From Tubulanus polymorphus (taxonomy: Eukaryota > Animalia > Nemertea): a DNA stretch of 64,000 nt. The stretch is from the NCBI RefSeq assembly GCF_964204645.1, contig NC_134031.1, forward strand, positions 17,409,807 through 17,473,806. Reading direction: 5' to 3'. The notes beneath the pieces are model-generated. The model was not told where the DNA came from. It made no database searches and saw only the letters and a program-made list of their open reading frames with translations. Positions 43,801 to 56,830 of the stretch are shown piece after piece; the stretch's first letter is position 1; each line of letters starts with the position of its first letter. Position numbers and translations under genes: made by a program.

Positions 43801-46800
43801 TTCGGGGGGTCGCGTCGTCATCTGAAACGGAATTTCGTTTTTTTGTAGTTATTACGAAAGAAAGGGAATCGTGATCGGTCAGACGAATATCGTCGTTTAC
43901 GCGCGGCCTATGATGGGTCGTAAATACGTAAGCAGTTCGCAGGGCAGCGTCACGTTGGAGAAACAGTGGTCGACGTATGCTCTACCATTCGTCTTTCAAA
44001 CCTCGGTTAAGGTAAGGGATAGTCATTTGCGTGTTCGGGGCAGACATGTTCAGAGACGGATACAGGATTTTCGGGAAGGGAGCGCTGTTTTCTTGTTAGA
44101 AAGTTGATAAGATTGTGACATCCTTGCGCAGGGTGACCACTTACCTGCAAGTCGGGTAATTTTCTTTTCTTAAAAGAAAGTCAGGAAATTTTGTAAGAAA
44201 AAAAAAGGCTAAAATTAGGCTAAACAAAAATGATACCTTGTTTCTCCGCAGCGGCCGGGTCATTTTTGTAAAATATGATAAAATTTATAAACTGTTCATT
44301 TCTATAGCGGCCGGGTCTGTTACGGTAAAATTGATCACGATTTTAAAAAAAGTAATGTATAGGGTAGATAGGCGGCCGGCCGGGTCACCATTTAAGCTCA
44401 GCAGAGCGGAGAAACAAGGAATCAATTTTTTTAGCCTTAGGGTTAGTCAGGTAGAATTCGTTGCGATTCCTAGATCGCGCATAAAAATCAACATTTTCCA
44501 TCTATATTCTATGTATTTGACTGTTAATTGATTGTCAGAGAAAATTCAGGGAAAAAGTGGCCACCCTGATGCACATTAATTAAGGCCTGGGTGTTAAAAA
44601 CGAGAAATGAGGTCATCCAGTCAGGAAGGTCCGATGACAGTTCAAAATAAGTGCCATATGGCATCGCTGCAACAGTCTGTTAGTATACTGCTAACGTTTA
44701 CGTTCTGCACACAAAACGATATCAGAAAAATATCATCAGCAAAAAATAGGGACACCCCTTGAAACTGCCCCTGAGGTGAAATATGTCAGAGAATGTTGGT
44801 TTGAATTTGATGCTATTAAAAATGCACATCTGAAAATTCAAGCTCGCAGAAATGAGAATATTTTCCTAAGTTTTGCACTTGTATTATGAATGTTTTACAA
44901 ACCTTACACGAAGCCCGATATTTATTTAATTTATCGTTTAAAGGATATAGCCTCGCACGATCCATCGTTTGCCCAGTTTAAGACGATCGACGAGCTTTTC
45001 CCGCTGAACAGCGATGTCTTTATGTTGGGTTACCCGCACTACGGATGTATGGGTAAAGTACTCGAACACGACACAAGTAACAGTGGCCGATTACGCATTG
45101 AACTTACCGTCAAAATGGAACCGAACATGATGGACGTTATCTCGAAGCAGCAGGTATTGCCAAATAATTTACAGCCCAAAATAATATCAAAACCTAGGGA
45201 TTATGCTCGCTTTATAGTCAATAATTTATTGTATCCTTGGGTTAAATTGAAAGTTAAATCGATCTATGAAATAATCAATGATTAACCCCTTTCAATGCTG
45301 ACTTACTGATACCCAAAAGAGATCATCTTTCCCAGAGATGTCCTTATCAATTCAAGAACATTGTATTGATTGTTCTGCCACATGCTAGTGACTCATGAGG
45401 AAAACCCATTACCATGTTTATCATCAAAATTGAACAGTGCACCATAATTTCATCCGTATCAGTTGTTAATATGTTATCCCAAATCCGAGAACAAATCGAG
45501 TTTTTGTGCTCATAAGTAAAATGTACTCGGTTGATCCAACTGGAACCATGGTCCTTGATATTTAGGATATCATGAATTATTATTTATCATAATCTTATTT
45601 ATAGGCCTATGTGAAAAAAAATATAAAGTTATTAAAACCAGCCCTTGTAGACAACCTCTGGAATTTTATGATTCTCATGCATATCGAATATCTACCTGAA
45701 CCTTGGAAGATGGAGTTTTGAGCGGTCAGTAATTCGCAGTTGATATTTTCTTTCAGAAATTATCATTGTCGTATATGCCGGGATATGTGGTCGCGAAACG
45801 GTTAGGGATCAGCGGTCACTTGCTGTCTCGTATCACGGGTACCGTGTTCATCGCCAAGGGCTCGAAAGACGAACCGCGAGACGGAAAGATAAACATCGGA
45901 TTGAACCTGAAATTCAACAAACGCAATGAAGAGGTAAAAACTGATGATTTTGAGTGCAAAAGTCCAAAGAGGCTTCTTAACACATAAAGCAAAGTCTAAA
46001 ATTCCACGTTGGAATCAAAATATTTTTCAATATGTTACACGTTTTATCATCATCGATGTCTATGTATAGATGCCGTACCTATTCGAAATTATTTTTTGGT
46101 GATTCATGCTGAAGATGCCTAGCAATCTTAAGATTCGTTTTAGTTTTAGTACTGAAATTAGCAATTCACATAGATTGTACTTCCTGTGGGAGTTATGAAT
46201 TCTGAAATCTGTCGACTATTAAAACTTATGAAATCTGTTATAGTCGGCGTTTTACTATGGATGTTTTGTAGTAATGTAAATAGGTGTCATATGGTTAATG
46301 TAAACTCCTGGTAAGTTGAATATATATCATTGCAGGTACCTGGGTATACAAAGAAAACTGACGACGGCTGGCAATATTCAAATAAAGCACTGCAAGAAAT
46401 CGGTTTATACATGGAAAGGTACATACACAAGACATATTAGATTAATTGCTTAAGGTTTCAATTATTTCTGGATTTCATCTTCCCAGGGTTTCAATAAATT
46501 GCGTAAAATTCATGATTTTCACTTGTAAATATTCCGCCTTCCTCAAAGCTGCCAGGGTTGTGATACCAGGCAAACGCAATGACAGTGAGGACGTATATGT
46601 CCAAAACACTCGGGTGATGGATGTTGACATGTATTCGAAATTCAGCTAATGTTACAAGACAATCATCCGAAATTCGTCTTGTTGAACCACTTTATCGAAC
46701 AGAGATCTATGGTTCATGATCTTTTTCTGTCTCGTTTGTGGAATAATTTGCCAATACACATCCGTAACCTACCATCAGTGGAGTCCCTTAAACATGCTTT

Positions 46801-49800
46801 AAAAAAATTTTTATGCAAAGAGTTTTTAATGATTAGTAGTACCTGGTAACTGTTTAAGAAGAGGTACATATTTTGTGAAGAACTTCGAGATTGTTTTAAT
46901 GTAAATTGCTTTTGAATAATAAATTATTATTATTATTATCATTATGGATGTACATAGACGTCCAAAATCCTATGAGAACCTGAATCCTGCAAGGGTTTAA
47001 GACTGTTAAATGAATTAGAAATTTAAAACATTAAGATATTCGGTGGATTTCTATACGCAGGTTTCCAGAACTGTGGGATTACCTCGTTAGTAACACGACT
47101 GAAGGCGATGTCTATTATGAAACTGATGTATACCCGGACGATACGTCCGAGCGTATCGGCGCGTTGGCTAAATTCTTGAAAGAGTTGCCGTGTCAGTCGG
47201 CGTCGCGTATGAAAATAGGATCCGATATACTCGACGAACCCGTCATCGAACTCGTCGAAAAAGAAGTCGATAAAGTCTCGGTAAGTCGTGTTACTTTTTG
47301 AATCCGCAGCCTGGATGCACCCCTCAGACATTTGACGTTTGATACACCATTGAAAAAACATTATAGGCCTATCCATGTTCAGATGATAATATGTAGAAAT
47401 TCCCACAATGACGAAAAAAGTGATGATCCGAAAATGTTTCCTTTATCAATTACCTTATTCAACGGCGAATGAACTACTAGCTCAAGGAAACTTTTTTTGG
47501 GCTGTATATTATTTTTTCCTCATTATTGTGGGATTTTCTATGTATCGATCACCATTCTTTAGACTTGTCCTCACCGAAAAGTTTGGATTGAAAATGTTAC
47601 AAATTGCCTACAAATACCAGACATTGAGACATTTTATCACCAAATTCAATTATTCATACAACAATGGTGAATGTCTGTGGGCGGACAGCTGGCGTAACTT
47701 TCATGATTGCTGTTAGCTGAATCGAAATTAGCTTCGAATTTCTTTTGACACAATACAGATAGAAAACAAGAAACGGAAACGTTGCGTTAAAGTTCAAGTG
47801 AGGCCTCACCTGCTCTACAAGGTATTGAAAATTGATATAATCATGCAACACGAAAAAAGACGAACAACTTCATCAAACTTCATCAAAATTTATGTTTCTT
47901 CCTTTTCTAGCCAATTACGCATCAGCTGAATTTGATACCCGACACAACTGCTCACTACCTTCTGTTCGATAGAGTGATCAACTGTCGTCTGGGTTATTCG
48001 ACCCCGTTAGGTTTGAGAGGTACAGTCACTGGTATCTATTTAGGTATGTACATTCGAAGAAGATCACTGCAGCAAATTTCAAGTTAAAAACTCCAAAAGA
48101 TGATATAGCTCCAATGTGTTTAAGCCCTATCTCATGTTATCGTATTTTTGTTTTAGGTGAAAAAGAGTTGGACACGATTTATGACGTCGTGTTTGACGAG
48201 CCGTTTCAAGGCGGAATTGCGTTGCGTTGTAAAGCCGGCTGTGGCTACAAACTGCCGCCGACCGCGCTGATCAACCTGTCGCACGGCGATCGCAAAGAGG
48301 AAGCGCGCAAACGCGGCGTACCGATCGACGTCATCGTGTCGGAATGGTCGACGCAAATCACGAATAAACCTCACTCGTCGTGCCGTAGCAACAACGATCA
48401 ACAATCGCCTCACTCGTCGTGGCGTAGCAACAGCGATCAACAATCGCAGAACAACGGTCGAAATTATAGTTATAACTATAATCAACAGCAGCGGCAGCAG
48501 CAGTCCGGCGCGAACTCGATGAGATCGGCGAAGAATTCACCTCGTAGCGATAACGGCAAGAAGTACAACGCTCCAGACGGTTTTCAGGTAATCACTCATC
48601 AGTATTGTTGACTAGGATTACGGTATCAATTTCTTCATGGTCAACTTCAGCTAATTAACAATCTATAAGCCGCATTCACACTTTCGTTAGTTAGTGCGTC
48701 CCAATTTGGCCCGTACCTGAAATGGAACAATTTTGAACGGACGGAATAATGCCATGCATTCACACACGTTTGGATACAGCTGCTATCACTGGTCCTACGA
48801 GGCGCAACACTGATTAGGCAATCAAAGCTAAGATGAGTTTCTATTCACACGCAGAGTGAGGTTCTAAAATTCAGAACAAACCTCGATCGGTCTTTTTAGT
48901 TAGTCTGAGAACAGACTTTTTGCTAGAATGAGAGTTTGATCTTTTCTAAATCAGAACGGACTAAATCGGATTTAGAATGTTCTAAATAATGTAGTGTGAA
49001 CGCGGTTATGATTATTACTGCCTGCCCATAGATAATTAACTCATGCCTGCCCATAGATAATTAACTCATTTTACGGTTACTTTTATATTCATCATCCTCT
49101 ACGTTCTAATACTAAAATCTACATAAAATCTGAAGTAAGCATGGTTCGTCTAACATTTTGCACGATTCTAATATGAGGTTTTGGTTTTTAACGCATGTTC
49201 TTTTTAGAAATCCGGTGCTTATCAGTCAAATGGTGCTTATCAACACCAGAAACCAGTTAGAATAGCTCAGAGAGCTTCGGTTAGTTTTTTCTGTAGTAAA
49301 TCGACCGTGTAACTCGTCCGTCCGATGAAGTCTGTCATCATTTTGAAAATGGGGAAATTCATCGAAGCGTTTTCGTTATTTTCAGGCGCGAAGCGGAGGG
49401 GATGAATTCGCGAACATGTGGAAAGAACTGAAAAGTGGCGGCAATGGTGCCACGGGCGGCAATCCGCAACCGGAGCAGCCGCGCGTTCTCGATTCGCGGC
49501 CGAAAATGCAAGAAAAACTGAGCATTATTAAACAGCCGGCCGAGAAACCGTTAGAAAACAGTGACAAACCACAGTCATCGTCAAACATAGACGACTTCAT
49601 GGCAATGTTTCAATCGCTGTCACTGGTGGAAAATAAACAGCAGCAACCGAAACAGGTAGAAAAAATCAGAAAATAGTCCAGCAGACGCTACTAAATCAGG
49701 AAAATCACCGCAATCAGGATTGTTTTTAACCCAATTAGGCAGTTACCAGATTAGAAACCGAGTTTAGTAGTCTTAAGGTTAAAAGTTTGCTTACAAAACC

Positions 49801-52800
49801 AACGAATTACTGGTTTACATAAACAGTACCGATTTAGGAGGAGTCTTCTTAGGGGTGTAAAAGTGATGCGGATACTCCTCAGAATTAAACATTTTCTCCT
49901 TAAAAGCTCCTTATATCCGGGACGAAAGACTGATCTGTAGAGACCCTGTGTATATATATCCTCCTGTTCTAAGAGCAGTTGATTTATTGATTTACATGCG
50001 TAACTTCAGGAAGAATATCCTCAAAGCACGAACAAAAGCTACGGCCGTAAAGTGACAGTTGAAGAACTATTCAAAACAGCTGCCGAATCGACGCCACAAC
50101 TTCAGACACCGAGCGATTTTAGCGCGCCTCCGCCTTCACATGCTCACCAGGTACCCGTCAGCGGACAGAAAAATACTCAAGATCACCTACAACAGCAAAG
50201 GCAAAAACAAAAGATTGGTCAGCCACCGCAACCACAGCAACAACAGCCACATTTCCAACACTATCACCCTAGGTAAACATCGTTTGACAATTATTGAAAT
50301 ACGGTTTGTGGATAGGGTCTTTAGAACGAAGAATCTAATGATAATTCTGTAAACCGATTAATAAGTCAATGACAGTAATCTTACTCCTGTAAATCTGAAT
50401 GCTGCATAATAGTATTATGGATCTGTGGTTGTAAGTAGATTCAATGTTGTTTACTATTTCTGTACGAGAATGTAGTTCATCTCGTTTCCTATCGATGGTT
50501 CGAAACCTCGTTGGATTGAACGCATATAATCTATTCAACTTCGTTTCTGTAGTTCCCGTGTTGCATGTACCGATACCAGTATGTTATAATTATATCCAGA
50601 TTTGACTTTAAAAACTAACATCATTTCTCCTTCATCGTTATTTCCAGCGGACACAGCGCACAGCAGGATCTACACAATTGGAGTCTTTCAGTTCGGCTCC
50701 AGTTGCCAAAATACGAACTTTATCAAGATATGAAAGGGGTAAGCATTATAGATTATTTTGATTTTCAAATAAATGTTTAACTTGTATGTTGTGCTGCACG
50801 TTTAACTCTAATCTTCTGCTTTATTGGTCGATTTTCAGCCCGGTTTTGTGGCTTACGTTACTTTGGGCAATGGATTGAAATTCAAGGGTTCGTTCACGCA
50901 TACTGATGTTCAAGCAACAGAAAGTGCAGCGGCCATGGCAATGTTACATATAACAGTACGTATTTTTTCAACTTACGAACAATACTGGCTTGCGTTGAAC
51001 TTGCGGACAAGAAGCCTCAAAATGAAAGTAATCGCGAGAAGCAGGTGGGCTCTGCTGTGCGTCCTTATACGTCCGATCTGTTGTGTCGATAACTTCACTT
51101 CATTCGATATAATCCAGAAGATAGTTAATAATAACTCTTGAGTCTACAATTGATGGACTTTCTCTTTTATTAGTACAATTAACGATTCGAGTTCGACTGT
51201 TAGACCGTCGATTCAAACTATGTGAAGCTAAAGTTGCTCCGAATTCGACCGTCGAGCCTAACTCCAACTAACTCTACCCCAAACTAAGCCCTCGAGATTT
51301 AACCCTATAATCACTATATTGATTTTCCTGAGATAAGAGGTCTATCTCAAATATGTCAGGACAGGTGTACAAATTGTGAACTCATTGCCAAATGTGATGT
51401 CACCTGTACAAACAGTCTTTAAAGATCACTCAACACCTGGCAGTGTTAAACAGATATTAAGTATGAATTATATAACACAGTAGACTCCACCTAAACCCTA
51501 CACAGTTGGGACCTTCATTTTCTACCCAATTACGGGGTTACCAGTGTGAAGATTAATGAAAATGGATGGGAATTGTTGAGCCTAACCGTGGTCAAATGGC
51601 ATTACTAATTTCTTTTTTTCATACAATCAGATTTGAACAAATCCCCGATGGCTTGGGTTCCTTATCGAACTAAAATATTTCTTTAGTTCTCTGATACATA
51701 TGTGTCATATGTGATATATGTCATGTGTTTATAGGATTTGTTACTTCTGTTTCTGCCCATCCCACTTGATGATGTGTGTTAGTCAACAGCTGAAGCGTTG
51801 TGGTTTCGTTTTTATAGATTTTACCGTAAAAGATTCTATTGAAGGACTTTTTAATTCATCTACAGTTTTACACGGATTAGATTATGTCATTCGACTACTA
51901 ACATGAAATGTCAACTCTATTGGACTTGCATTTGGTATATTATATCCAAACAATAATCATAGACCACTCAACAAAAGGCAGTGTCGGACAGATGTTAATA
52001 ATGAATAATCAAACATGTCTCTCGGCAGCCCCCATAATTCAAGATACTCATTTCATAGCACTTGGGTTCATTTAGGCAAAAATATAAGATCCAAATATTT
52101 TTGAGTAACACATGTTGATAATCGTCATAATCAGAAATAGGTGCTATGAACGTCCATCTTGTGAAATATTGAGTACATTGTTTTATTCAGTGGAGACTCT
52201 CTTCTTAATTTCAGAATAACCAGCAACCGTGGATGAACCGAAATATTCCTCCAGTGTTCGGACCGCCGGGAGCGTTTGGCTCGACTAACTCGGCTTTCCG
52301 CCCTGTACATCCATGTAAGTTCGCTAACGTGTCGACTGCTACCTCGGTCAACTCATCTCGCCATTAAATGATTTCATTTTACTTTCAGTTATGGGTGCGC
52401 CGCCAAATATGGTACCTGAAGGACAATACCACTACAGTCAGAATAGACAGAATTCTGTGAGTAAATGCCAAAATCCAAATCATTTCTCCAGAAACATCAG
52501 AATTAATAAGGAAAAACCCACAGTTGATGATTAAACTATTTTCTCACAGTTTTGACTTACCGTAACTCCATCAAAGAAACCAAAATAACATAATGATATC
52601 TATATATTAATACGAAACTATGTACCAAATAGAGTCGCCGTGGAGAAGAATTGGGCCTTGAAATTTTGTGTGGTAGTCAATCATTGCATAAACTAATGCA
52701 ACGGGTATAAACGAGTGTGAAAATATTTATAGGGGGGCCAAACGGAGGCAGACAAAATTTCAGCCAATCAGTAAGCAGGAATTCTAATTATAGACTCTTA

Positions 52801-53799
52801 CTGCAACAAAACAATTCTACAGTGCTGTATCACTAAGCTGTTTCAATGGCCCAGTTAGTAGAGTACAAGACTGGCACCTGATGGGTCAGAAGTTCGAGTC
52901 CTGCGCATCACCGTACGTATTTTGTTTACCTCCGAGAGTTCCCCGGTCTCCACGGGTACTGGTCATCAAAGCTCATAGGGTCTCCACGGGCATGGACACA
53001 TAGATTTTAAATGGCCCGACTTAATTCCATTGCGAATAAATTGAACAGTTCGAAGTTCTGGGCCGAAGGATATCACCCGTGGTTTCCACGGGTACTACTC
53101 TAGTACACAGTAATACAAGTATAACTTCAGAACTGCCAGATGTATTTATGTCTTTATTTTCTAATTTCTTCAGGGAAGAACGCGTTCAAATTCCCATAGA
53201 GAATCGGAATCATCAGAAAGTACATCACCGCGGAAACCTAGTACATCCAATCCTTTTATCCCACTTCAAGTAAGAGTTTTTCATTCAGATATCTACTGTA
53301 TTAAGTTCATGTATTGTAAATTAGACTTTTTCACTGCGCAACTCGTTTGTACGATCTAAGTTGGAGAACAGATAGATCATCTAGCAAGACAAGGAATATA
53401 TGAAATTCCATAGTCAAAGTATCAGGGTTTTATAATACATGTAATGTGGTTCAACTGCTTTCAGAGTTTGTAAGATTGATAAATGATAATTTCGTCTGGC
53501 AGGTAACTAAAAATCAGAAGACACCTCAAAAGCGGAAAGATAGCGAAACCGAAGCGTCTGCTGCCCCCGTAGTTCACGAGCAACCACACCACCTGCAGGC
53601 TAAAACTGACACTACAACTACACCACGTAAAACTTCCGCGGAAACGCCCAGAAAATCTGAGGGTGCAAAATCTCAGATAGAAGCGAAATCGACAGAATCT
53701 AGTCCAGCAGACGCTGCTAAATCAGGAAAATCACCGCGAAAACCGAGGAAAAAAACGCGATCTCGCTTGGCAGCGAATTTTGGTGACGGCACAAGTTGA
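34890..53799 (+). CDS. XRN1: 5'-3' exoribonuclease 1, multi-exon, complete
   Basis: Exon 1 (34890-34964) is [18 protein letters not shown]. Later exons give [87 protein letters not shown] and [10 protein letters not shown]. The C-terminus is RSRLAANFG with stop at 53797-53799. Confidence 0.97.
35414..35863. mobile_element. Foldback-type MITE with ~165-bp TIRs in XRN1 intron 2
   Basis: GGTCATCCTTATTACCGAGATGATG... is mirrored by ...CATCATCTCGGTAATAAGGATGACC. It has internal ACCGAGAT subrepeats and a flanking direct repeat CCTTTCTT (35406-35413, 35864-35871). Confidence 0.8.
38440..38832 (+). mobile_element. Probable Helentron-associated (HINE-like) non-autonomous repeat, 3' part
   Basis: GATCTTGATGAAACTTGG, CATGACCTTGAA and GGGGTCAAA motifs, a subterminal palindrome CAGATTCGAGTCTG, and an end CTTG followed by a T-run. 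Family assignment is from recalled motifs only. Confidence 0.4.
40739..40846 (+). repeat. Intronic hairpin enclosing a degenerate hammerhead core
   Basis: AGAGTCCGAAA..GTTTCCTTGAGCT pairs with AGTTCAAGGAAAC..TTTCGGACTCT, around CTGAAGATG...GAAAGGTT. Confidence 0.5.
42370..42596. mobile_element. MITE with CAGGGGCCGATCCA / TAGATCCGCCTCTG ends
   Basis: Imperfect TIRs. Related ends occur at 44051 and 44773. Confidence 0.5.
42999..43162. mobile_element. MITE (same family as 30103-30338)
   Basis: Terminal CAGGGCC..TTCGGTT / AACCGAA..GGCCCTG inverted repeats. Confidence 0.6.
44218..44436. mobile_element. PIF/Harbinger-like MITE with TTA TSD, nested in other TIR elements
   Basis: TIRs GGCTAAACAAAAATGATACCTTGTTTCTCCGC / GCGGAGAAACAAGGAATCAATTTTTTTAGCC, with TTA on both flanks. 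Confidence 0.7.
48669..49006. mobile_element. Harbinger-like MITE
   Basis: TIRs GCCGCATTCACACT / AGTGTGAACGCGGT, internal ATTCACAC repeats and TAA/TTA-like flanks. Confidence 0.55.
52599..53103 (+). mobile_element. Non-autonomous Helitron containing a tRNA-derived (Pol III A/B box) segment
   Basis: 5' end A|TCTATATATTAATA. 3' hairpin CCCGTGG-TTT-CCACGGG, then CTAG|T. The insertion lies between A and T with no TSD. Confidence 0.7.
52837..52912 (+). pseudogene. tRNA-like sequence (SINE head or tRNA pseudogene)
   Basis: A box TGGCCCAGTTAGTAGAG and B box GTTCGAGTCC at tRNA spacing. The acceptor and anticodon stems do not pair. Confidence 0.55.
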
Positions 53800-53980
53800 A
53801 CTACTTGACAACCACTCAAACTAGTAATGATGTGATGTTTGAAATGTGTGCAGCATATGATGCTGTTGTTTGTCATTTGTTGTTTCTAGCGCAGTATGGG
53901 TGAAATTGCCCTTTTGGCTTGGTTTAGACCCGACCCTGAAAAATCCTCACTGGCTACTAGTCTGATACCTTCCAGATTTG

Positions 53981-54133
53981 GGGTCCTGCTAAAGTACGAA
54001 ATGATGAAATATAAAACGAGATTAAGAAATATGAAGCGAAATTATGAAACTACGAAATTATGATTTTCGTTTTGTATTTCGTAATTTCGTTTCATAGTTC
54101 GTAATTTCGTAGTTTCATACTTTAGAAGTTCCC
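53981..54133. mobile_element. Mutator/Foldback-like MITE in XRN1 3'UTR
   Basis: Near-palindromic, with CGAAA/TTTCG subrepeats, and a perfect 9-bp flanking duplication CCAGATTTG (53972-53980, 54134-54142). Confidence 0.75.
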
Positions 54134-54465
54134 CCAGATTTGATTGTTTTAGTCATCTTGTTGTCGAACATCATTTAAATCCGATCAGAGTTAAGAAATG
54201 TCATAATTAAAGAATCGCTATTCAACAAAAGGTCGCTTTTATTTCGATAAAATGAATAAGTAGAAAAATAGAAATATTACGAAAATGAAACGTCAGTGTA
54301 AATCTGTACGTGAAAATCCTGTAAATAAAAAGCAAAAAACAAATCATAGTGCAAGTTATTTTCATGCAATGTAGAAGAGGCTTTCATTTAGAGATCTTAC
54401 CGTTATTTGGGGGATTGCCAAAAGCCCGATAGCAATAACTTGAGATGATATCATCATATCAGGAT

Positions 54466-56830
54466 TCATTCTTTGATTACCGCCTCATCCCATGGACCGT
54501 GGATATTACTGAAATCATGATTCAATATGAGCTGTGTTATTGATATTCGCTTTAGTATACAGTAGATCTCTCCGCTCTGATACATTGAATTAAAATTTTC
54601 CTTTAGTAGCAAAAGCCTGAAATATTTTGCCAAAAAATCTCATTTAAACTATATTAAACAAGATTTGCTTTGCATAGTGGTTAAACGACTTACTTCTTGT
54701 AAGGCTGTAGTTTAATCAGCCAATATGGACAGATGAAAGTGATGAAAAGTACTGTTCCTAATAACAATATCGCACCCACTGGAGAAACACAGACCAGCAT
54801 CGTACAAGTGACAATCACCATAACAAAAGTCATACCTAACAACCCGTGTGGTATCTTCAGCTATGAAAATGTATATATTAATGATATGATAAAGATGGTA
54901 GTGTATATTTGAATTAGTTAAGTAGACTACAGACACCTAAGACAGTCTGAATAGAACAAGTCCCTAAACAGAGAATACATGTACCCATTACTTAAAAAGG
55001 TTCCCACAGGATTTGGAAAGTATTGGAAAATGGGAAGCTATGGAATTTTGTTTTTTTTTCTCTATGGCTATAGAAAATCAGAAATCGGTCTCAAAATAAA
55101 ATTGTTACTCTTTTCTGAATTTTTGGCTATATGTCTCAATAACTACACATTTGAAAATCTTAATGAAAACAAGTTGTTAATGGTATTGATAATTGGCACT
55201 TAATTACTTTGAATGAGCCTACATTGCCCGTTCTAGGTAGCCGATGTGTAACTTATGGAAAATGAAGTTGGGAAACCTGTAAGAACCCTGTTTTAAATCC
55301 TTCAGTATTTCTGGGCAAATCCGTAGGATTATTACCATTTCTCTGAACTGTGTTTACCTTGATTTTTCTACGCAGCTCCGGCCAAAGAGCGAAGATTTCC
55401 ACGGCGAATGTAATCGTTGAGAAAGTATGCCACGTCGTATCAAATCGCGATGCCAAACAAACCGAGGCAAAGATGGCTGCATTGAATGAAAGTGCTCCGG
55501 ACACGCTACAAGAAAATGATTGTTCATTAATTTGACTGTCGAACATTTTCCGGATTCTTTAAGATCAACATGACAGGGTGGCCACAATTATTCGACTTTA
55601 TTTTCCCCTGACATACACATTGTTATTTCCCAGACTTTGATCTGCTAAGAATCCAATCGATTAACACAGTCAAATACCTAAGACATAGAGGAAAACTGTT
55701 TGGTTTTACGCGCGATCTAACAATCTCAAGAAACCCCCTAGATAAAGTTTCCAGGTATGTGGCCGCCCTGAATGATATACCATTTAACTTACACGGCAGC
55801 GGTGGCACCATAGTCATGGAAACAGATATTAGATAGCAGCATGAATGTGGTCATGGCGTATATCGTATCCGTGCTGATTGTTTCTGTTAGAGTCATTAGA
55901 ATAGGTGATAAACCGAATCCAAAAACTACGAACATCACAGCCGATTTAACATCATCGTATCCTGAAAGAAATGAAACGCGGATGAGAAAGCGACCAGTGC
56001 ATAGACAACAGAATAGAGCAAATTTAGATATTCCTAGTACTTTTTGGCTCATGACCATATGTATCCAAACAGGAGTACACTCAAAACAGCTTAATTTTTA
56101 AAATTCAAAATTTTAACAAGATTCAATGCCAGTCTACTATCAAAGGTATACAGGCACATACTGAAACTACAGACACAAAACTAATGAATTATCAAGCCAA
56201 AAAAAGTTGAACTCAAATTTTTGGTTTGGTTGCTGTTAGTTACTTCATGCTTTCGAGCTTTAAACTTGTCCATGAAACTGGACCCGTTAACTTACGAGTT
56301 CGGTTGTCCACACGTGGTGTAGAACTCGTCATCTGATCATAGCAAATGTAACCAATCACTGATAGAAGAGATGATGCGATGAATACTGTCCGCGGATCCA
56401 ACCAATCATTGCTCATGTAGAGAAAAACGGCCACGAAAATGCATACACTGAAAAACTTGGACAAATTATAAATAAACAAACCGCCTCTCTAATAGTGAAA
56501 TTAAGCTCATGCCTTAAATTAAGATTAATGTATAACCTGCAGATTTGCTGGGTGACAACACCGGATTGTAAAACCACTGTCCAATAATCGTAGGTATGAG
56601 AATTAACTGTAATTTAAAAAAAAAAGAAAAAGTACATGTATGAAGAACCCGTCGTCATCGAGCCCGATAACGAACACAATTTTGCACGTACATATCGCGG
56701 TAATTAGCACGTCAAAACTGTCACAACTGCTCGACTTACGGTTGTTTTTCATTTGATCCAGAAAACTGTCATCCACATAATTATCAGGTACATTCTGTCG
56801 GATGTATAATACCTTCTTCCAACCACTCAT
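54466..56830 (-). CDS. PIGC: Phosphatidylinositol N-acetylglucosaminyltransferase subunit C (GPI2), ~7 exons
   Basis: MSGWKKVLYIRQNVPDNYVDDSFL, LSPILMTLTETISTDTIYAM, ALSFNAAIFASVCLASR and terminal NIHGPWDEAVIKE* are family hallmarks. Confidence 0.95.

Noticed and set aside
49020-49069. 25-bp tandem duplication GCCTGCCCATAGATAATTAACTCAT
   Set aside because: A simple local intronic duplication with no evidence of function.
52837-52912. Functional tRNA gene
   Set aside because: A and B boxes are present but the cloverleaf stems do not pair.
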